A DNA stretch of 24,647 nt from Octopus sinensis (lineage: Eukaryota), in contig NW_021836504.1 in NCBI RefSeq assembly GCF_006345805.1, forward strand, positions 1 to 24,647, read 5' to 3'. The notes under the pieces are model-generated. The model searched no databases and had not been told where the DNA came from. It saw only the letters and a list, made by a program, of their open reading frames with translations. The translations under genes were made by a program, and so were the position numbers. Within the stretch, counting starts at the first letter, position 1. Each line of letters begins with the position of its first letter. This document shows positions 1-10,811 of the stretch, in pieces.

Positions 1-194
1 TGTAAAATGGTATCTTGTCAATATTACACTGACCATCTCATGAAAGCAATCATTTTTTTTTTTTTAATGAATCCTATACTTGTCAAAGCACAGCACTATG
101 TTTCGCTCTTAGGGAACTGCGTGGCATTTATTTTGTTTTATTCTCATCCAACTTTTTTTTTTCCTTTCTGATGTATGAGATCAATCGATAAACT

Positions 195-700
195 CTAACT
201 CTCTTTCTTTCTTCCATCTCATTCACTCATTCACTCACTTGCTTTCTTTTTCCCTCCCTCTTTCTTTCCCTCTCTCCCTCTCTTTCCCACACTCTCCCTC
301 TCTATCCCTCTCTCTCTCTCTCACTAACTTGCCTTCTCTTTCTTTCTCTCTCCCCTTCTCTTCCTTTCTTACTCTCTCTCTCTCACTCTTCATCTCCCTT
401 CTCTCATTCTCTTGCTTTCTCTTTCTTCACCTCTTTCTCCCTAGCTCTCTTTTCCTTTCTCTCCCTCTCTCTCTCTCTCCCTCTCACTCCTGGTCTCTCC
501 TCTCTCTCACTCACTTGCTTTCTCTTTCTCTCTCTGTCTCTCTCTCTCCCTTTGTCTCTCTCTGTCTCTTTCTCTCTCTCTGTCGCTTTCTCTCTGTCTC
601 CCTTTGTCTCTCTCTGTCTCTTTCTCTCACTCTCTCCCTTTGTCTCTCTCTGTCTCTTTCTCTCTCTCCCTTTGTCTCTCTCTCTCTCTCTCTCTCTCTT
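195..700. repeat. CT-rich low-complexity tract with an imperfect ~30-50 bp higher-order repeat
   Basis: Near-pure polypyrimidine; the motif CTCCCTTTGTCTCTCTCT recurs four times between ~547 and ~685. Confidence 0.9.
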
Positions 701-973
701 CTCACCCAATGATTTACACTTTAGAAACGAGCAATCTATGGACCTTTACTTTGTATGTGAACCTTTGCTCAAGTAAACCAACGGTTTTGTTTTGTTTTGT
801 TTTGTTTTTATCGACTAAGACAATATAAGAGATCAACTTTCCTTTAATGGATGGAATTTTTATTCATTAAGGCCCTTGCAGCAATGCTTCTATAACTGTT
901 TCATAACTACAGGCAACATACAATCAATTAATGCAGAAAACTCTTCTTTGGTCTGTATGCGAGTATACATACG

Positions 974-977
<4 letters not shown>

Positions 978-1055
<78 letters not shown>

Positions 1056-1076
1056 CACGCTCGCACACGCACACAC
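978..1076. repeat. (CA)n microsatellite
   Basis: Direct reading. Confidence 0.95.
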
Positions 1077-1179
1077 AGGGGTGGGTAAAAGAAGGTATAC
1101 AGTTGCTTAATATGAATGGAATGTTCTTTACACTTCTCTATTCTTTTTTGGTGGGGGTGGGGGAAGAACATTCCACTCA

Positions 1180-1402
1180 TATTGGTCTTGAATTTTGACA
1201 CAAAAAGGCCAGCAATTTCAGGGAAGCGGATAAGTTGATTACATAAACCTCAGTGTTTAACTGGTAATTATGTTATTGACCCCCGTAAAGATGAAACGCA
1301 AAGTCGACCTCTGCGGAATTTGAACTCAGAACGTAGTAACAGACGAAATACCGCTAAGCATTTTGCTCAGCGTGCTAAAAGATTCCGCCAGCTCGCCGCC
1401 TT
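1180..1402 (-). mobile_element. tRNA-derived SINE, family A
   Basis: Reverse complement starts GGCGGCGAGCTGGCGGAATC (A box), has GAGTTCAAATTCCGC (B box) and a TTTCATCTTTACGGGGGTCAATAA core that resembles the Meta/MESC-type SINE domain from memory. Many homologous copies occur in the window. Confidence 0.85.
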
Positions 1403-1421
1403 AAGTAATGATAATGATAAT

Positions 1422-1583
1422 CATTTCTTTTATAGGCACAACGCCTAAAATTTGGAGGAGGGGGATAGTCGTTTATTTCGACTCCAGTACTCAACTGGTA
1501 CTAATTTATCGACTCCGAAAGGATGAAAGGTAAAGTCGACCTCGGCGGAATTTGAACTAAAAACATAGCGGCAGACGAAATAC
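1422..1583 (-). mobile_element. SINE family A, partial copy lacking the 5' head
   Basis: B box and core match the other A copies; begins at GGTATTTCGTCTG directly after the tail of the 1584-1818 copy. Confidence 0.8.
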
Positions 1584-1818
1584 CTATTTCTTTACGACCC
1601 ACAAGAGGCTAAACACAGAGAGAACAAACAAGGACAGACAAACGGATTAAGACGATTATATCGACCCCAGTGCGTAACTGGTACTTATTTAATCGACCCC
1701 GAAAGGATGAAAGGCATGGTCGACCTCGGCGGAATTTTGAACTCAGAACGTAGCGGCAGACGAAATACGGCTAAGCACTTCACCCGACGTGCTAACGATT
1801 CTGCCAGCTCGCCGCCTT
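1584..1818 (-). mobile_element. SINE family A, full length, GTGTTTAGCC..TTGTGGG tail subtype
   Basis: A box, B box, core and tail align with the 12172-12394 copy. Confidence 0.88.
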
Positions 1819-1825
1819 AATGATG

Positions 1826-1895
<70 letters not shown>
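1819..1895. repeat. (AAT)n microsatellite
   Basis: Direct reading. Confidence 0.95.
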
Positions 1896-1897
<2 letters not shown>

Positions 1898-2190
1898 GTC
1901 GAGAGATATGACAGATTAGCTTGGGAGTTAAGTAGTAGTGGTCGAGAAAAAAGTAGCAGTTGTACCAATAATTGTGGGAGCCCTGGGAACAGTGAGCAAA
2001 AATCTCGAGAAGTACGTGGAACCAAATAGGGGTGCAATAAGGGTGGAGCACTTGCAGAAGAAAACAGCACTGCTGTGGAATTGCTCGAATACTCCGGAGG
2101 TGCTCGAAAAATAAGAGGTGTACCTCAGTTCACTGGTAGTGAACAGCTGACACTGTAGTACATCTCCAGCGTTAGAAGCTGTCAAAGGCA
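1896..2190 (+). mobile_element. 5'-truncated R4/Dong-like non-LTR retrotransposon (restriction-like endonuclease C-terminus and 3' UTR)
   Basis: Frameshifted translation VERYDRLAWEL..KVAVVPIIVGALGTVSKNLEKYV..IRVEHLQK.TALL..VLEK* matches the R4/Dong C-terminal pattern KY.DL..E..V.VVPVVVGALG..LQK.ALLGTA.ILR.VL; (AAT)n on both sides. Confidence 0.8.
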
Positions 2191-2215
2191 ATAATAATAA
2201 TATAAAATAATAATA

Positions 2216-2760
2216 GATGCAGTACCAGGCAGTGGCTCTCATGGCTTCTGATCTTAACTGATTGAAGTGTTATCATGTACATTGTTTTGTCTTGGTATAA
2301 AAGATGGGCTACAGCAAATATCTGCTCAATACCACAGATTTGCTGTCAGTTGTTTGACCTAACCAGTTGAGCATGTCCCTTAGTGGCTGACGATATGTGC
2401 ATCTCTGATCACGAGCAGAAAGTAGTGGGGAGCATCATAGCCATGTGTTGAGAAGGATTCTTTGGGGTTTGAATAATTCACCTCTGAAAACATGGGTGGT
2501 TCTTTCAAACATCCTTAAACAACCCTTATTCAGGGAACTTTGAGCGGGATGGGTTACTCGATCTGAAGAAAATTCTAAACTGGGCCCCACCTGCAAGGTC
2601 ATATGCTGTTTATCTTGATATGAGATCACCATGTCGCGCACATATGGTTGTGATGCATGTGCCTGGTGTACCCTTATCAGACGGGTAGTCATAATGGGTA
2701 TACGGGGCTCGTATATTTTACCCCAGTGTCACTTTGATGGCATACTCTGCTCGCTCACTC
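2216..2760 (+). mobile_element. Unclassified ~540-bp retroposon-like segment ending in an (AAT)n tail
   Basis: Complex sequence bounded by (AAT)n on both sides, between two Dong-like ends; no convincing ORF. Family assignment not possible from this window. Confidence 0.45.
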
Positions 2761-2784
2761 AATAATAATAATAATAATAATAAT

Positions 2785-2840
<56 letters not shown>
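2761..2840. repeat. (AAT)n microsatellite
   Basis: Direct reading. Confidence 0.95.
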
Positions 2841-2842
<2 letters not shown>

Positions 2843-3112
2843 GGTACTGAAACCTATTTGAAAATGACACCAGGCTTACCATCCCTACAGGAAGTGCAAA
2901 AAATCGTGTTAACTGGAACGGCTAATGTACTGAGAAGAGCATTATCGCTGTGAAAACAACATTCATTCATGAATTTATTTATTTATTAATTTTTTAAATA
3001 CATATTTTACCTGTGAATTTGTGTGTGTAAATCTGGGAATGCATACAATGAGCTTCTCTGCCCTAGGTGTACGGATAAAACCCGGCGAGAAATAGAAGAA
3101 AATTTCAAGAAG

Positions 3113-3113
<1 letters not shown>
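2839..3113 (+). mobile_element. Second R4/Dong-like 3' fragment (different subfamily)
   Basis: KGTETYLKMTPGLPSLQEVQKIVLTGTANVLRRALSL* matches the R4/Dong C-terminus (QK..L.GTA.ILR..L), followed by ~160 nt of 3' UTR and (AAT)n. Confidence 0.75.
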
Positions 3114-3177
<64 letters not shown>

Positions 3178-3341
3178 TGATGATGATAGTGGTGGTGGTG
3201 GTGGTGGTGGTGGTGGTGGTGTTGATGATGGTGGTGGTGGTGGTGTGGTGGTGATGATGTTGTTGATGATGATGATGATGATGACGACGGCGGCGGTGGC
3301 GGTGGTGGCGGTGGCGATGATTGCGACGACGACGACGATTA
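3114..3341. repeat. Compound trinucleotide array (AAT, GAT, GGT, GAC, GGC)
   Basis: Direct reading. Confidence 0.9.
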
Positions 3342-3444
3342 TGATGAATAGGAGGATTGAACAACTGTATACCTAGTTTTACCCACTCCTGTATACGCAT
3401 ATATATATATATATGTGCATGCATATATACACATGTGTATAAAA

Positions 3445-4064
3445 TTATAAATAAGGGAAAAAAGAATTTTTTTCTTTGCCAATAGGCTGAAAAATAGACG
3501 CTAAATCGTCTAACCACATAAAATATTTTCACATATATCAATTACACCACGCGTCGAAACGAGGAAAGCAAGCTAACAGAAATTCATAAAAATATAGTTA
3601 TCCTCAAATTTCAGCTAGCTTGCTTTCCTCGTTTCGACACGTGGTGTAATTGATATGAGTGGAAATATTTTATGTGGTTAGACGATTTGATTGTTCCTTC
3701 TCGAGTCACTCCTGGCTCATTAGGACCGGTTTGAAGGTTTCCTTGGCGTATAGGTTTCCCCACTAGGATGGGGCGCCGGTCCATCGCAAGTGAGCTGCAA
3801 GATGCAGGAGGAAAGAGTGAGAGAAAGTTGTGGCGAAAAAGTCAGCAGAAGTTCGCCATTACCCTCTGCCAGAGCAGCGTGGAGCTTAGTTGTTTCCCTC
3901 ATAAACACACACATCGCCCGGTCTGAGTTTCGAACCCGTGATCCCTCGACCGCGAGTCCGTTGCTCTAACCACTAGGCCATGAACCTCCACACGGTTAAA
4001 CGATTTAGCGTCTATTTTCAGCATATTAGCAAAGATGTTTTTTTCTTTTTGCCCTTATTTATAA
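3445..4064. mobile_element. Foldback MITE-like element (~300 bp without its insert) interrupted by a SINE
   Basis: Left arm 3445-3575 is the reverse complement of 3616-3688 plus 3994-4064; both ends read TTATAA. Confidence 0.75.
3689..3993 (-). mobile_element. tRNA-derived SINE, family D, with a 13-bp target-site duplication
   Basis: A box TGGCCTAGTGG, B box GGTTCGAAAC; TSD GGTTAGACGATTT (3676-3688) and GGTTAAACGATTT (3994-4006). Confidence 0.85.
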
Positions 4065-4368
4065 GTGTATTTATAATTTTCACCTTAAAAGGTATTTTTC
4101 AGATGCTGACCACTGATAAAAAAATTTTAATAAAATTTTATCTTTATTTTAGAAGTATGCATGTGTGTATGTGTCTTCTATTCATGATGTGCCAAATGCG
4201 AATCCAGTTATAAATAGTAGCTCGTAATACACAGGATTGGGTGGGAAATCACCAGCGGGACTCAAAGAAATTGCTGTAACCTGGATAGTCGTGATACTAT
4301 AACACCAAAGTAACACTCCTACTCTACACTGGTTAAATTTGACTCTTTAATATTAAAATGAAAGATTA

Positions 4369-4583
4369 AAGCAGCGAGCTGGCAGAACCGTTTGCACGCT
4401 GGGCAAAATGCTTAACGGCATTTCGTCCGTCTTCACGTTCTGAGTTCAAATTCCGCCGACGTTAACATAGCCCTTCATACTCTCGGGATTGATGAAATAA
4501 GTACCAGTTAAACACGCGGTTTGTTGTAATCGACTTACCCTTCCTCTGAAATTGCTGGCCTCGTGCCAAAATTTGAAACTAAT
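4369..4583 (+). mobile_element. SINE family A
   Basis: GCAGCGAGCTGGCAGAACCG head, GAGTTCAAATTCCGCC B box, core and tail as in other copies. Confidence 0.85.
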
Positions 4584-4584
4584 A

Positions 4585-4711
4585 TTCTTTTCTATTCTAG
4601 GCACAAGACCCGAAATTTTGGGGGAGGTGGGGGCCAGTCGATTGAATCGACCTCAGTACGCAACTTAATTTATCGACCCCGAAAGGATGAAAGGCAAAGT
4701 CGAAATCGGCG
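4585..4711 (-). mobile_element. SINE family A, 3' half, tail-to-tail with the 4369-4583 copy
   Basis: ATCGACCCCGAAAGGATGAAAGGCAAAGTCGA core. Confidence 0.75.
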
Positions 4712-4781
4712 ACTTGCATCAGTCATATGACTGCGGCCATGCTGGAGGACTGCCCTAAAAGGCTTTAGTCGAAGAAGTCGA
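4712..4781 (-). mobile_element. SINE family B, 3' tail fragment
   Basis: CCAGCATGGCCGCAGTCATATGACTG motif on the minus strand. Confidence 0.7.
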
Positions 4782-5462
4782 TATATATGTGCGTGATCGC
4801 GCGCGCGCGCGCGCGTGTGTGTGTGTTCATACATATATATTTCAACAGCTGTCATCTCTTCGTTCCTCGATCTTTCCTGCCGTACTTAAACTCCCTTTCG
4901 TACATCACAACCACCACCACCACCACCACCACCTTTCGCCCTAATTAAGCAAAGGTGTTAATTACAATTCCAGTGAAAGCTACCTGCAGTTGACCTAGTT
5001 AGTGAAATCAAACATGGCGACTGACTAATTTTGAAGAAATGTCCTTCCTCACCCCTCTTACTTTTTCTTTCAATTCCAGCTGTATGAATTTTTCATTCAT
5101 TTTCTTTTTTCGTGGTGGTGGTGGTGGGGTCTGTTGACACACTTATGTACGTGTGTATTTGTATGCGTGAGTTTGATGTAGGTATGGGGGGGGGAGTGCC
5201 TGTATATATGTCCGTGTGTGTGTATGTGTGTATGTGAATTGCAATCAACTGAGGATCTAAATAGGCTTTAGAAAGTTTTTAATTCAGATACAGCGCTCAT
5301 AGCATATCGAACGAGCACGGACACGCATACACACATGCATGTATGTGCATATATATATATATAAATATATAAATATATATATATGTATATATATATATGA
5401 GTGCATGTTTTTATATGTATGTATATTGACATATATGTATATGAATATGTGTGTATGTATAT

Positions 5463-5503
<41 letters not shown>

Positions 5504-5513
5504 TATATTATAT

Positions 5514-5543
<30 letters not shown>

Positions 5544-5545
<2 letters not shown>

Positions 5546-5952
5546 CTCTCTTACTCTTTACTTGTTCAGTCATTTGACTGCGGCCATGGTGGAGCACCGC
5601 CTTTAGTCAAACAAACCGACCCCGGGACTTATTCTTTGTAAGCCCAGTACTTATTCTATCGGTCTCTTTTGCCGAACCGCTAGGTGACGGGACGTAAACA
5701 CACCAGCATCGGTTGTCAAGCAATGCTAGAGGGACAAACACAGACACACAAACATATACATGCACATACATATACATATGCATATATACGACAGGCTTCT
5801 TTTCAGTTTCCGTCTACCAAATCCACTCACAAGGCTTTGGTCGACCCGAGGCTATAGTAGAAGACACTTGCCCAAGATGCCACGCAGTGGGACTGAACCC
5901 GTAACCATGTGGTCGGTTAGCAAGCTACTTACCACACAGCCACTCCTGCGCC
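5544..5952 (-). mobile_element. tRNA-derived SINE, family B, full length, CORE-like domain
   Basis: Head GGCGCAGGAGTGGCTGTGTGG, B box GGTTCAGTCCC, CORE-like TTGGGCAAGTGTCTT, internal microsatellite, stem-loop tail. Confidence 0.88.
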
Positions 5953-5970
5953 TATATATATATATTCATA

Positions 5971-6318
5971 GGCGCAGGAGTGGCTGTGTGGTAAGTAGCT
6001 TGCTAACCGACCACTTTGGGCAAGTGTCTTCTACTATAGCCTCGGGCCGACCAAAGCCATGTGAGTGGATTTGTTAGACGGAAACTGAAAGAATCCCGTC
6101 GTATATATGTATATTTTTGTGTGTCTGTGTTTATCCCCCCAATCATCGCTTGACAACCGATGCTGGTGTTTGGGTCCCCGTCACTTAGCGGTTCGGCAAA
6201 AGAGACCGATAGAATAAGTACTAGGCTTTCAAAGAATATGTTCTGGAATCGATTTCCTCGACTAAAGGCTGTGACCCAGCATGGCCATAGTCAGATGACT
6301 GAAACAAGTAAAAGAGTA
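5971..6318 (+). mobile_element. SINE family B with the B box deleted, head-to-head with 5544-5952
   Basis: Same head, CORE-like domain and tail; ~32 bp missing after GACCAC. Confidence 0.88.
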
Positions 6319-6319
6319 C

Positions 6320-6354
<35 letters not shown>

Positions 6355-6356
<2 letters not shown>

Positions 6357-6518
6357 AAGAATTCAAAAAGATGAAGTCAGGTGGTGTAGACAACAAACAG
6401 ATGTATTAGTTTAACGCTCGGGAAGTGAAAAAGTCTTTAACGTTTCGAGCCTACGCTCTTCCACAGAAAGGATCACAGAAAGAAGCAAGGAGAGAAAATA
6501 AAGAATGTACAGAGGCTA
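6355..6518 (-). mobile_element. Penelope-type terminal-repeat fragment carrying a hammerhead motif
   Basis: Reverse complement aligns with 24400-24592; both share GAAGAGCGTAGGCTCGAAACGT and end at (TA)n. The Penelope call rests on the known association of minimal hammerheads with Penelope pLTRs. Confidence 0.65.
6435..6470 (-). ncRNA. Minimal type I hammerhead-like motif with a non-canonical core (CUGUGGA)
   Basis: CUUU-CUGUGGA-A-GAGC(GUAG)GCUC-GAAACGUU^AAAG: stem I 4 bp, stem II 4 bp, palindromic ACGU stem III, U at position 6. Confidence 0.55.
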
Positions 6519-6540
6519 GCGATCTATCATACGTATACAT

Positions 6541-6653
<113 letters not shown>

Positions 6654-6744
6654 GAGTTTGACTCAGATATGCGTTCCTAAGTTTCATAGACACAAAAAGC
6701 ATCGCTATTCTGAGACACCCGGTTTTGAGAGCCAAGAATGTTAC

Positions 6745-6797
6745 TCTTTCGGACGGATGAAACACAGTGCCGTGTTTCCAAAGTTTAGGATAAATTC
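6745..6797 (-). CDS. Candidate 53-nt internal exon of an unidentified host gene
   Basis: Strong acceptor tctgtttgtctctgtcttcctttcattttacag|G and donor AGA|gtaaca; open in phase 0 as EFILNFGNTALCFIRPK. No protein recognised. Confidence 0.4.
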
Positions 6798-6927
6798 CTG
6801 TAAAATGAAAGGAAGACAGAGACAAACAGAGTTTGGGAGCATGGGAATTAGTTCTACATGCACAATTTAATAGTTAGAGTGAAAAGATTTTCAATAGCCA
6901 GTTTCCTTTCTTATTCTTATTTCTTTA

Positions 6928-7983
6928 CTAGCAGAGATACCCGGCGTTGCCCCCCGGTTACATTCAATGGAAGAAATAGACTTTTCTATTATATTTTCTG
7001 AATGAACTGGAATATCTATGTTTCGAATTTCATCAAAATTGCAGATGAGGGTTATTTCCCTCTTTACACACCCTAAAAAAATTGTAATCGTGCCACATGG
7101 AAACCAAAAGACGAATGATCACGATAAGCAGTCAGTTACCCTACCCTAGTCTTTACCACTCCCAATGTAGGATTCCTCACCATCCAGGTGACAGGCACAG
7201 CCGTAAGATGCATTACGAATCTATAGCAATTGGAAGGGCGTGACCCAACTTGAAATCAACATTAACAACTGTGTGACGTGAGGGCTTAGGAGAAATTAAG
7301 TGTCACCTCTGGAGTGTGCAAATGACCACTATACTGATACGTAACTGGACAGAATGATTTTAAAATCTATAAATGCCTTTGAATAACCAGTCACTCATCT
7401 GGGAAGGCCTTGTAATCAATGTTACCATCTGGGGACTATGTGTGACCGAGTGATGATAAAAAGACTGAAAGGAGGTCTGCAATCAAATAACTTTACTCAA
7501 CACTTTGCAACTGAATCAGTGAAGACAAAGATGCCTATCATTTACTTGACAATTTATGCACCACATTGCAGAAATCACAATGTAAGTGTATGTCAAAGCA
7601 AACTGTTACACTGTTGTACCATTGAATTACAAATAATGCTCAACTTTTATGCTCGGGTAACCCTACAGCTTCCAAGAGCACAACTGTATTCGTTTTTGCT
7701 TAGATAAAAATGTCAAAATTGTGGGTGTTAAGTCCCCATGGAGGGTCTTTCTAACTTTGTAAGAAGATGAAATTTTATAAATATCACTTCATTTGTGTCT
7801 AATATCTATGGTTAAAATTTCATCAACAACAAAAATATATTAATTGTGATGGGGGCTATGGCCCTTATACTAAGAATATAATTTCCAAATTTCATAAAAA
7901 TCCATTCAGTACTTGGACCTAGTTTGGGATCATAAAAGAAATGACTAAAATTTGGGAGTTAAGGCTCCCATTAGGGTGTTATA

Positions 7984-8026
<43 letters not shown>
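6928..8026 (-). mobile_element. Probable non-autonomous Helitron; 3' end well defined, 5' end uncertain
   Basis: Minus strand ends GGCAACGCCGGGTATCTCTG-CTAG|T, the same hairpin plus CTAG style as 20595-20991. The 5' TC is placed tentatively in the (TA)n tract. Confidence 0.45.
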
Positions 8027-8070
<44 letters not shown>

Positions 8071-8083
8071 TATATATATATAT

Positions 8084-8123
<40 letters not shown>

Positions 8124-8214
8124 CACCACACACACACAAACACACACAAAGATAAATTGATAGATACAACTGAGTGGGCAAACAAAAATATGAGACACAG
8201 CCTAGTGCCTTTTA

Positions 8215-8396
8215 TGTTGATAAGCCTAGTACTTATTCTATTAGTTTGTTCTTGTGAAACCAGTAAGTTTTGTGGGTGTAAATAAATGAACATCAGTTGT
8301 GAAGCAGTGATGAGGGCGAAACACAGACACACATACACTTACATATATACATATATATACGATTGATTTGTTTCAGTTCCTGTCTACGAAATCCAT
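8215..8396 (-). mobile_element. Degenerate SINE family B fragment
   Basis: TAAGCCTAGTACTTATTCTAT, AAACACAGACACACA and TTTCAGTTCCTGTCTACGAAATCCA match family B. Confidence 0.6.
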
Positions 8397-8401
8397 ATAT
8401 A

Positions 8402-9430
8402 TTGTTGTTGGCATCCTTTTTGTCTCGGGAGACAATGGAGTTGCGCATAAAATAATCTAGTCCGGCTTTTTCATTTCATGTCCTAATACATCTGCTGTGG
8501 CTGTGTAGTCCTATCCTGGACAAACACTCCCTCTGGCAGGTGCCGCAAATGTAGCGAAGACTTTGCCTGGCTGGTTGTAATGTCATACTTTCTTGTTGAC
8601 GTCTTTTCTTGTCTTTCTATTTCTCCTCTCCCTCTATGTCACTCGTTTGTGTTCCCTCTTTTACGGTACGTCGCCAATCTCCATGGTTGCTGGCAACTGC
8701 TTCCCAGTTGGTAATATTGATGTTGCAGGCATTCATGTCCCTTTTGCAAACATCCTTGTATCGTAAGAACGGTCTTCACACAGACCTAGCGCCTCTAGCA
8801 AGCTCTCCGTTGAGTATGTCCTTAGGGATTCTGCCATCTTCCATACGGCTAACATGTCGAAGCCATCTCATACGTCTTTGTGTGAGGAGTGTAAACATGC
8901 TTGGTATTCCTGCTTGCTTGAGGACATCTTTGTTGGGGACATGATTCTGCCATTTGATGCGAAAGATTTTCCGGAGGCAACGCAGGTGAAAGATATTTAG
9001 GCGACGTATGGCGTCGTATGACGTGTGTATAGCGTCCAAGTCTCACTTCCATACAGTAGAGTGCTAAGTACACATGCCTGGTAAATCATTTTTGTGGTCT
9101 TGGTCAGCTTATTGTTGTCCCATGCCCGTTTGGAGAGTTGGGCCATCACACCAGCTGCCTTGCCAATGCGTATATTGAGCTCAGTATCAAGGGATAGGTA
9201 GTAGGTGACGGTAGAGCCAAGATAGGTAAATTTCTCCACTTCCTGTAGTCTGTGGTCTCCAATATGTATGTTTTGGATGGTCGATGTAGCCTGACCCATG
9301 ATGTTGGTCTTCTTGAGGCTAATAACTAAGCCAAAGTTGCCACATGCTTGCTCAAAACAGTTGATGAGCCTTTGTAGGGCTTCTTCTGTGTGTGATACCA
9401 GAGTGGCATCATCAGCAAATTGCATCTCCC
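8402..9430 (-). mobile_element. 5'-truncated RTE-clade LINE (reverse transcriptase C-terminal half and 3' end), decayed
   Basis: FADD motif, FTYLGS, RIGKAA, LLYGSETWT, LNIFHLRCLRKI, RRMRWL.HV.RMEDGRIPKDIL.GEL, RYKDVCKRDM across frameshifts; 3' stem TGTCTC/GAGACA and a CAACAACAA tail. Confidence 0.93.
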
Positions 9431-9463
9431 GGCGGGCTAGCGTTTCTGCCAGCTCGCCACCTT
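9426..9463 (-). mobile_element. SINE family A head (first ~37 nt, A box) fused to the RTE 5' end
   Basis: AAGGTGGCGAGCTGGCAGAAACGCTAGCCCGCCGGG matches the family A 5' end. Confidence 0.75.
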
Positions 9464-9636
9464 TACTCAGAAAGCCAGTTTCCTTTCTGGGTAAATACTA
9501 TTCGGTAGATGTTGATATCCGCAGCTGTACCAACACTGCTGCTGGCCGTGTGAGTCAATTGCCATTCTTAGTTCTGTACCCCAACTTGGAATCCACTCCT
9601 ACTTGTATTCCTGTGAGACACGCGTATATTGATTTA

Positions 9637-10093
9637 TGATAAACTCCCGATTATCCGGTACTCAAATAACGGAAACTCTCAAGCAACCGGAACCCAGGAA
9701 AAATATAATGGAAAATATGTTAATTAGAGTCAAAAGAATTCGCACTAATCTGTGTTAATTAATTGTCATTAAAAGAAATAAAGTTTCTACTGTATTTGAA
9801 ATGGGTCGTTACTTTTCAAATAACTGTAGACTGTTTTATTATACTACAAGAAACAGTAGGTGTGCTTTATTAGGTTAATAAGACATGTTCTTAAATTATA
9901 CTTTTATTTCTTCCTACTTGTCTCATTTCTACTAATTTCAGAATAATAATTATAATATTAATGTATTTATAGAGCTTTAATTACATTTGTATGGTGCAAT
10001 GTTAATTTAAAAAGTGATGTTTAGATATCCGGAAAATTCAGGTATCCGGCACCCGTCCTGGCACTGATGTGCCGTATAGCAGGGAATTTACTT
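9637..10093. mobile_element. Decayed MITE with terminal inverted repeats, possibly Tc1/pogo-type
   Basis: Left TAAACTCCCGATTATCCGG versus right CCGTATAGCAGGGAATTTA, an imperfect reverse complement; subterminal TATCCGG motifs; AT-rich interior. Confidence 0.45.
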
Positions 10094-10398
10094 TTTATGC
10101 AGCATTGCACAGTGGCAATAAGGGAAGGACGGGTCGCCAGTTTACATCAATAGGAGTATTAAGAACTGTCGTAATGTATTTGTGTGTCTGAGCGTGTGTG
10201 TGTGTGTGGATGCATGCATGCATATATGTATGTATGTATGCACGTACGTATGTATGTATTATGTACGTATATATGTATGATGCATTTATGTATGTATGTA
10301 CGCATGCATGCATTTATAAATGTATATATGTGTGCATGTATATGATATATGTGTGTACGTACGTATGCAAACTTGCACGAATGTATGTACACACACAG

Positions 10399-10447
<49 letters not shown>

Positions 10448-10452
10448 ATATA

Positions 10453-10724
10453 TCACCGTGATCACCGTGACCTATATATATATAATATCACCGTGATCAC
10501 CGTGACCGACCAGACTATCAGATGTCGCTACACATCGCTGGTCACAATGCGCTTCGCATTGTTTTAGCCACTCCGCTGGCTAAGCGAGCAGGCCAACAGA
10601 AGATAGAGTGAGAGAAAGTTGTGACGAAAAAGTACAGCTTTAGGTGTTTTCGGTCAATAAACACTCACAACGCCCGGTCTGGGAACCGAGTCCGCTGCTC
10701 TAACCACTGGGCCATTGCGCCTCC
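10453..10724 (-). mobile_element. tRNA-derived SINE related to family D, different tail with ATCACGGTG repeats, internal deletions
   Basis: Head GGAGGCGCAATGGCCCAGTGGTTAGAGC; shares AGAGTGAGAGAAAGTTGTG with the 3689-3993 copy; B box missing. Confidence 0.75.
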
Positions 10725-10774
10725 ATATATAAAATGCACACACATCTCTATTTTATTTATATATTATATATATT

Positions 10775-10804
<30 letters not shown>

Positions 10805-10811
<7 letters not shown>

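Noticed and set aside
239-828. Long ORFs on both strands (SL- and ER-rich)
   Set aside because: Translations of the CT/GA microsatellite, which lacks stops by composition.
2975-3541. 188-aa ORF with poly-His, Thr and Leu
   Set aside because: Antisense reading of trinucleotide arrays.
7130-7620. Possible decayed RTE endonuclease fragment (YSTL..SEDKDAY)
   Set aside because: Similarity is limited to a few residues across stops and cannot be supported without a profile search.
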